29,288 nt of DNA from an uncultured Candidatus Saccharibacteria bacterium (GTDB lineage Bacteria > Patescibacteriota > Minisyncoccia > Minisyncoccales > CAYTKG01). The position numbers were made by a program, and so were the translations under genes. The notes beneath the pieces are model-generated. The model did no database searches and was not told the origin of the DNA. It was given only the letters and a program-made list of their open reading frames with translations. The stretch covers positions 1-29,288 of the forward strand of contig CAYNXY010000008.1 in NCBI GenBank assembly GCA_964401285.1, in the 5' to 3' direction. This document shows positions 24,148 to 29,288 of this stretch, in pieces; positions within the stretch are counted from its first letter, which is position 1; each line of letters begins with the position of its first letter.

Positions 24148-26532
24148 TTATGTTGTGCCTGGCCCCTTGTAGACATTCTCGTTTTCTTCTCTAGGTTCTG
24201 TGTCTTCAGAGGGCTGGGACCGAGGAACCCAACCGCTTTCTATGACTTGATTTCTATGCTTTATTGCTTTTTCAAAGCGTTCAACGACTTCAACGTCACT
24301 AGGTAAGCTTTCTATTCTTTCTTTCAGTTTGTCTGATGGTAGGTTTACGACTTCATCTACCAGTTTTTCATTTTCAGGTTCATTCAGCCAGCTATAATCT
24401 TCAAGCCCCGGCAGGTCTTCTCCGAAGACAGCTGAGTAAGAGCGACTGTTTTTGATAAGACGGAGAAGTTGAGGGGATGCTTTCTTTAATTGGTAAGCCC
24501 CCATCTCCCTTACTCTTTGTCTCATTTTTTCTCCTACACCTCCACCTCTTTCTGCGACTTCTCTTACTATGTTTGGAGAACGGTGTGCTCTTACTAAAGA
24601 ATCTTGGAAAAAGCTGTTTTCCAGCACTTCATTGGGCATATCTTCCAGGTCACTGTTTCTAAGATTGGCAGTAGTTTTTTCAAAACCAGCCAGAAGCAAC
24701 GCTTCAGCCATGCCTTTGCCTTGGTTCATAAGCTCTTTTACGTCGTCATCCTCAAAGCCATCGGATACAAGGTTTCCAAGAACAACTCGGCCGGTTTCCG
24801 GCATTTTATTTAACACTTCTTCAGTGAACCCTTCAACCTCCTCTTCACTTGCTTTACTGAGATCAATATCTTGTATGCTTCTTAACTCACTTCTGAGCTC
24901 TTCTTCGTTTTCCCCGGTTAGAATGTCGGGAGATGCTTGGGCAATATCTTTCAGGGTATCCGGGGAATATGTTCTCATCTTTTTTATGGCATCGTTAAAC
25001 ATGCCGGGCATTGCTTCTCTAACTTTTTTAAGGCCTTTTCCTCCTTTCTCGTCTAGGACATGTTTTAGAAAAGCAACTCTTTGCCTTGTTTTTGTTACAT
25101 TGGCTGGGCCTCCGAGGTTACCCCTTCCCCAAGCAAGAGCTGTCTCAAAAGATTCAAATTGTTCATCATATTTTTTCTTCTCCTCTTCTATTTTTTTTCT
25201 TTGTTTGTCCGAAAACTGTAGTCCAGCTGTTGCTATTTTTCCTCCAGCCCAACCTCCGACTGCTGATCCTACGGACGCAGCAACTCTTCCAGCAGGCCCT
25301 TTATCTCTTACTTTCTTCCAGAATTCGTCGCCCATCGCCCCCTGAGAGACACGCTCAAGGGTTTCTCGACCGCCTTCGCCTGCTGCTAATCGACCTAGGC
25401 CGCCTAGTTGCTTTTCTTCTCCGAGAACTCCGGCTGCTCTAGCTCCCACATATCCGGCAGCGGCACCACCTGCCGTTTTAACTCCTGACCAGGCAGTATT
25501 GGTTCCGCTTATTACTTTTTCAGCGCCTGTGGCACTGGAACTTAGAACTTGAGTAAAGCCGTAGAAATAAAAGAAAAGAGTCATTGCTAAGGGAACCAAG
25601 CTTTGCAGGGTGGTTTTCCATATGGGGTCGCCTACTCCTTCTGCATTTATAAAAGCAGTTGCTTCGTTCATGAATTTCGTTGCGAGGAAAACTATGAAGG
25701 CCCCTGTTACACCTATAAAACACCATTGGAGAAAATTATTCCACCATTGCTCCCAGAAATCTCTTGTTTTAGGGAAGATGCGAGCGGCAAAGGCAACGGG
25801 AGCTAGAATAACCAAGGTCCAAAGCACCACGTAACGGGCCATAAAAAGAATACTGAAAAGAATGAAGATAACACCTGTCCAACCGTTAAAAAAAGCAATA
25901 AGAAGTAATCTGAAATTTTCTTTAAATTCTTGTTGAGGGTTGAACCAACAGGCGCCTTTAGAAAGCAACCCTCCCCTCATCTCTTCAGAAAGATCTTCGA
26001 GCTCTCCTAAAATAGATATTTCTTCCCCCACCGTGAACAACCCGGTGAAATAATTCATTAATATATTGGAAGCATCAATTATAACTCCGCAGATAACCGG
26101 GCTGAAATTAACAAGCAGGGCGAAAAACAAAAGGCGGGGGAGTAATCGTTGAATCTTATACTCTTCTTTCTCCAGAGCGGTAGCCAAGCCCACAAAAGCG
26201 AGCGCTATTACAAAAAACATATTCATTATGTCCCGAGCTAGTGTCCACCCCGTATGGACTACCGGGTTTTGGTTTGGTCCGGCTCTGCCGGTGTAGTTCC
26301 AGGAGATAAACTTATCGCTTAAAACCAGCCGAAAAAGAGTCAAAGATATTTCTAAAAACAACTCTGAAAAAGAATGGATTAGGTTGAAGACAGAAGAAAT
26401 AAGGCAGCTTGTTATTGAGTTTGCCAGGTTTGCAGCATAACTTTTGCAAAACGGGAAAAGCATCGCTAAAAGGGCGATGGTTCCTAGAAAAACTATTTTG
26501 TGTTTCTTCATTTTTTTAAGAATGAGACCCAT
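24148..26532 (-). CDS. VirB6/TrbL-like polytopic membrane protein with a long Gly/Ala-rich and acidic C-terminal extension
   Basis: Signal or TM1, a periplasmic loop, then 5-6 TM helices (FFVIALAFVGLATAL, LLFFALLVNFSPVICGVII, IFILFSILFMARYVVLWTLVILAPVAFAA, FIGVTGAFIVFLATKF, VPLAMTLFFYFYGF). These are followed by a Gly-rich stretch GGAAAGYVGARAAGVLGEEKQLGGLGRLAAGEGG as in TrbL. Confidence 0.5.
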   Translation of the reverse strand: MGLILKKMKKHKIVFLGTIALLAMLFPFCKSYAANLANSITSCLISSVFNLIHSFSELFLEISLTLFRLVLSDKFISWNYTGRAGPNQNPVVHTGWTLARDIMNMFFVIALAFVGLATALEKEEYKIQRLLPRLLFFALLVNFSPVICGVIIDASNILMNYFTGLFTVGEEISILGELEDLSEEMRGGLLSKGACWFNPQQEFKENFRLLLIAFFNGWTGVIFILFSILFMARYVVLWTLVILAPVAFAARIFPKTRDFWEQWWNNFLQWCFIGVTGAFIVFLATKFMNEATAFINAEGVGDPIWKTTLQSLVPLAMTLFFYFYGFTQVLSSSATGAEKVISGTNTAWSGVKTAGGAAAGYVGARAAGVLGEEKQLGGLGRLAAGEGGRETLERVSQGAMGDEFWKKVRDKGPAGRVAASVGSAVGGWAGGKIATAGLQFSDKQRKKIEEEKKKYDEQFESFETALAWGRGNLGGPANVTKTRQRVAFLKHVLDEKGGKGLKKVREAMPGMFNDAIKKMRTYSPDTLKDIAQASPDILTGENEEELRSELRSIQDIDLSKASEEEVEGFTEEVLNKMPETGRVVLGNLVSDGFEDDDVKELMNQGKGMAEALLLAGFEKTTANLRNSDLEDMPNEVLENSFFQDSLVRAHRSPNIVREVAERGGGVGEKMRQRVREMGAYQLKKASPQLLRLIKNSRSYSAVFGEDLPGLEDYSWLNEPENEKLVDEVVNLPSDKLKERIESLPSDVEVVERFEKAIKHRNQVIESGWVPRSQPSEDTEPREENENVYKGPGTT

Positions 26533-26556
26533 TGCAAAATAATAACATAAAAATCG

Positions 26557-27381
26557 TTAAGGGTGAATATGTTTTTTTATGTTTTTCGTTAAGTTGATCC
26601 ATTTTTTAAGAGATAACGCCTCAGATCTTTTCCGAGGGCCGACAGAAGATTCTTCTAAAACGTGAATGATTTCTTGTTTTTCCAGCTTGAATTCTTTTGT
26701 GAGATTTGTGGCAAGCTGCTTTCTTCTGTGTCTAAACCCCGCTTTTACCAACTTAAAGAAAAGTTCTTTGTCTACCGCCGGAGGTTTGCGGGTTGAAATT
26801 TTTATAAGGCCCGCTTCCACCTCGGGTTGAGGCCAAAAATGACTGCGGGGAACTGTTTTTACGTATCTCGGTTGAGCGTAGAACTGAACAGCTACACTTA
26901 GAAGGTCCATGTCCCGCGGGCTGGCGCAGATACTTTCTGCCACTTCTTTTTGGACGAGAAGCGTCATTGTTTTGGGTGAGTTTTCTGCTTCAAGCAGTTT
27001 TCTTATTATCTGTTTTGAAATATTAAAGGGGAGGTTGGCAACCACCTTGTAATCTTCGCCGGGGGTAAGCTTAGAGTTGTCAACTATTTTCAGTGCGTCT
27101 CCGGTTATTATTTCTGTGTTACTGAAATTTTTAAGCTCTTCTCTCAGCCACCCTGCCAGAACTCTATCTTTTTCGATCGCCAGCACCCTTTTAACTTTTG
27201 GCGCTATTTTTTTAGTAAGAACCCCCAAACCCGGCCCTATCTCCAGGATTATATCCTCTTTTTTGAGGTTTACCGTTTTTAAAATTTCGTTTCTTGTCTT
27301 TTGAGAAACCAAAAAATTTTGCCCTAATCTTTTCTTAGGGGAAAGCTCTAGTTTTTTAAAAATGGCCTTCGGATGCTTCAT
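26557..27381 (-). CDS. rsmA: 16S rRNA (adenine1518/1519-N6) dimethyltransferase
   Basis: LGQNFLVSQKTRNEILKTVNL...ILEIGPGLGVLTKKI (SAM-binding) and NLPFNIS motifs. Confidence 0.9.
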   Translation of the reverse strand: MKHPKAIFKKLELSPKKRLGQNFLVSQKTRNEILKTVNLKKEDIILEIGPGLGVLTKKIAPKVKRVLAIEKDRVLAGWLREELKNFSNTEIITGDALKIVDNSKLTPGEDYKVVANLPFNISKQIIRKLLEAENSPKTMTLLVQKEVAESICASPRDMDLLSVAVQFYAQPRYVKTVPRSHFWPQPEVEAGLIKISTRKPPAVDKELFFKLVKAGFRHRRKQLATNLTKEFKLEKQEIIHVLEESSVGPRKRSEALSLKKWINLTKNIKKHIHP

Positions 27382-27466
27382 AAAACTTGATTTTTTGATT
27401 AAAAGGTTTAAAATCTAAAAAGAACATTTAGGCGTAAATCACGGGCTTTTTTGTAGGGAGCCCGGG

Positions 27467-28618
27467 GTGAGGCCTAAAAAAAACCTTATTAAGCGTAAGC
27501 TTTACATAAGAAGAAAAATAAGAAAGAGCATTGAAAGGATTACTCCTTTTAGCCGGCAGCTGGCGAAAATTCTTGCCAGGCCTCTTATATCTTTGGGGCT
27601 GGTTTTGTTTTCTTTTGTGATGTTTTCTTATTATGATGCGGATGCTTCTCCTGGGGAGCTGTCTTTGGCAAATGTGATAAGCCCGGTGGTTGGGGGGAGC
27701 CAGGGCGGTCTTTTTCTCAGTGATGAAAATTATACCATGGACAGCGCGGAACCGGTGGCAGTTGCAGGGTGTTTAAAAGCCGGAGGCCCGGTGACTGTGG
27801 CCCAAACTCAAACGTTTGGCAGTCTGGGTGGAGATGTGGAAAGGGGGTCCGCTACAGACAAGGAAATTTTAGAATACCGCGTGCAACCAGGAGATACCCT
27901 TTCATCAATAGCTGAATCTTTTGATATTTCACTTAATACTGTGTTGTGGGCTAATGACCTGAGCCGCAACTCAACCATCTCTGTGGGCCAAAAATTAAGC
28001 ATTCTTCCTGTTTCCGGTGTGACGCACCTTGTAAAAAAGGGAGAATCGGTTAGTTATCTGGCGGAGGCGTATGGGGCTGAGGCGGATAAGATAAGAGAAT
28101 TTAACAATCTTCCCGAAGACGATAAGATAGTGGTAGGAGACCTTCTTATTCTCCCCGGGGGGGAGCCTTCTCGTAGTAGTGCTCCCAGCTCCACTAGTTC
28201 CCCCAGCTCTCCTTCCAGAGCTCCCAGTTCTCCCGGTTCTCCTGCACATTCACCTCTTGCTACAGGTTACTTTATCTGTCCTGTTCCTTCTCCATGTAAT
28301 GTGACCCAGGGGTTGCATTGGTATAATGCTATTGATTTTTCCAATGGTGTTTGCGGTCAACCAGTTTTTGCCGCGGCTGGCGGGGAGGTGCAGAAAACAG
28401 GGTTTGACCCTTACGCAGGGAATTATGTACGAATTCTTCATCCTAATGGTGTGGTTACTTTTTACGGGCACTTTTCTAAATATGTGGTGACCCCGGGGCA
28501 AAAGGTTAATCAAGGCCAGATTATCGGATATATAGGCAACACGGGGCGTACTATTGGTCGGACCGGTTGTCATGTCCATTTTGAGGTGCGAGGGGCCAGG
28601 AACCCGTTTGCTTATTAA
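27467..28618 (+). CDS. Membrane-anchored peptidoglycan hydrolase: two LysM domains, a Ser/Pro-rich linker and an M23 peptidase
   Basis: LysM YRVQPGDTLSSIAESFDISLNTVLWAN and HLVKKGESVSYLAEAYGAEADKIREFNNL. Linker SRSSAPSSTSSPSSPSRAPSSPGSPAHSP. M23 GNTGRTIGRTGCHVHFEV. GTG start at 27467 preceded by GGAG. Confidence 0.85.
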   Translation: MRPKKNLIKRKLYIRRKIRKSIERITPFSRQLAKILARPLISLGLVLFSFVMFSYYDADASPGELSLANVISPVVGGSQGGLFLSDENYTMDSAEPVAVAGCLKAGGPVTVAQTQTFGSLGGDVERGSATDKEILEYRVQPGDTLSSIAESFDISLNTVLWANDLSRNSTISVGQKLSILPVSGVTHLVKKGESVSYLAEAYGAEADKIREFNNLPEDDKIVVGDLLILPGGEPSRSSAPSSTSSPSSPSRAPSSPGSPAHSPLATGYFICPVPSPCNVTQGLHWYNAIDFSNGVCGQPVFAAAGGEVQKTGFDPYAGNYVRILHPNGVVTFYGHFSKYVVTPGQKVNQGQIIGYIGNTGRTIGRTGCHVHFEVRGARNPFAY

Positions 28619-28663
28619 GGATTATTAAAGTACAGCGATTCGGACACCATAAATTCAATCTGC

Positions 28664-29288
28664 TTATTGGTGGCTAATGCGATACATGACCGCTTCTTGC
28701 AAGTGGTCATTTTTTATTTCCATTGAATCTTCTAAGTCGGCAATGGTGCGGGCCGTTTTTAAAACTCGATGATATCCACGTGCAGTTAATTTTCCACTAT
28801 TTATATATCTGCGAAGAAGGTGTTCAGATTTTTGCGGGACCGGGCAATGTTTTTCAATCTGGGGCAGAGACATCTGGCTGTTAGTGAGGGTGGGAGAACC
28901 CTTGAATCTTTTCTTTTGTATTTTACGCGCTTTTTTAACCTTTTTTCTTATCTTTTTGCTTTGTGGAGCGCCTCCTTTTTTGGTTAACTCTTGGGACTTG
29001 ACTGCTGGAACTTCTATAAAAAGGTCAATGCGGTCAATTAATGGACCGCGTAATTTTCTGCGGTAACTTTGGATTTGGGAAGTGGTGCAGGTGCATCTTC
29101 TTTCCGAGCTTTTGTAGTATCCGCAGGGGCAGGGGTTGGCGGCACAAATAAGAGTGAATTGAGTAGGGAAGGTAGAGCGGTGGCGGGCTCTTAAGATAGT
29201 AATTTTTTCTTCTTCCAGGGGTTGTCGCAGCGACTCGAGCACATCTCTGTGGAACTCCGGGAATTCATCTAAAAAAAGAACGCCGTGT
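28664..29288 (-). CDS. comM: Mg-chelatase-like AAA+ protein ComM/YifB, 3' part. The gene continues beyond the window end.
   Basis: Reading the frame to the window edge gives HGVLFLDEFPEFHRDVLESLRQPLEE...ICAANPCPCGYY...LRGPLIDRIDLFIEV, the YifB/ComM C-terminal signature. Confidence 0.85.
   Translation of the reverse strand, partial: HGVLFLDEFPEFHRDVLESLRQPLEEEKITILRARHRSTFPTQFTLICAANPCPCGYYKSSERRCTCTTSQIQSYRRKLRGPLIDRIDLFIEVPAVKSQELTKKGGAPQSKKIRKKVKKARKIQKKRFKGSPTLTNSQMSLPQIEKHCPVPQKSEHLLRRYINSGKLTARGYHRVLKTARTIADLEDSMEIKNDHLQEAVMYRISHQ

Noticed and set aside
24569-25345. 258-aa Ser-rich plus-strand ORF inside the VirB6-like gene
   Set aside because: It mirrors the Gly/Ala-rich region of the minus-strand protein, a classic antisense artefact.
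1-29288. Scan for CRISPR arrays, tRNA/rRNA genes, integrases and transposases
   Set aside because: No regularly spaced direct repeats, no tRNA-like T-arm or cloverleaf candidates in the intergenic regions, and no recombinase-like ORFs were seen.

Overview
This window is read as a small-genome, roughly 40-45% GC bacterium. The gene content points to Patescibacteria/CPR: a lamin-tail-domain protein, many Cys-rich secreted proteins, a short YidC, and no rpmH beside rnpA. That lineage call is inference.

The first ~12.5 kb and last ~2.7 kb are housekeeping. They hold a 5'-truncated pilB-like ATPase, ruvB, a lamin-tail-domain protein, tyrS, ruvC, yebC, a class A PBP, the dnaN and dnaA genes with a DnaA-box-rich origin, the divergent rnpA-yidC-jag operon, then rsmA/ksgA, a LysM-M23 peptidase and a 3'-truncated comM/yifB.

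Between these lies a ~14 kb accessory locus (12607-26532), almost all on the minus strand and bounded by bidirectional rho-independent terminators. It encodes a type-IV-secretion-like apparatus. The parts are a VirB4-family ATPase with the DEAW Walker B whose N- and C-terminal halves are separated by a single in-frame TAA, a VirB3-like two-TM protein, a VirB6/TrbL-like polytopic protein, a small polytopic membrane protein, and four large Cys-rich secreted proteins. Two of the secreted proteins are paralogues sharing a VirB2/TrbC-like two-helix pilin N-terminus. One of that pair carries an SLT lytic transglycosylase; the other has a Cys-rich C-terminal domain of unknown function. A third secreted protein carries an M23 peptidase. 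No VirD4 or relaxase gene is visible in the window. A convergent SPFH-like membrane protein gene with a near-consensus sigma70 promoter sits inside the locus.

Other points of interest are a 45-aa hyper-acidic Trp-repeat micro-ORF with its own RBS and shared terminator, a telomere-like GGGGTTGGGG long-range inverted repeat upstream of ruvB, and a bipartite DnaA-box architecture around dnaA.
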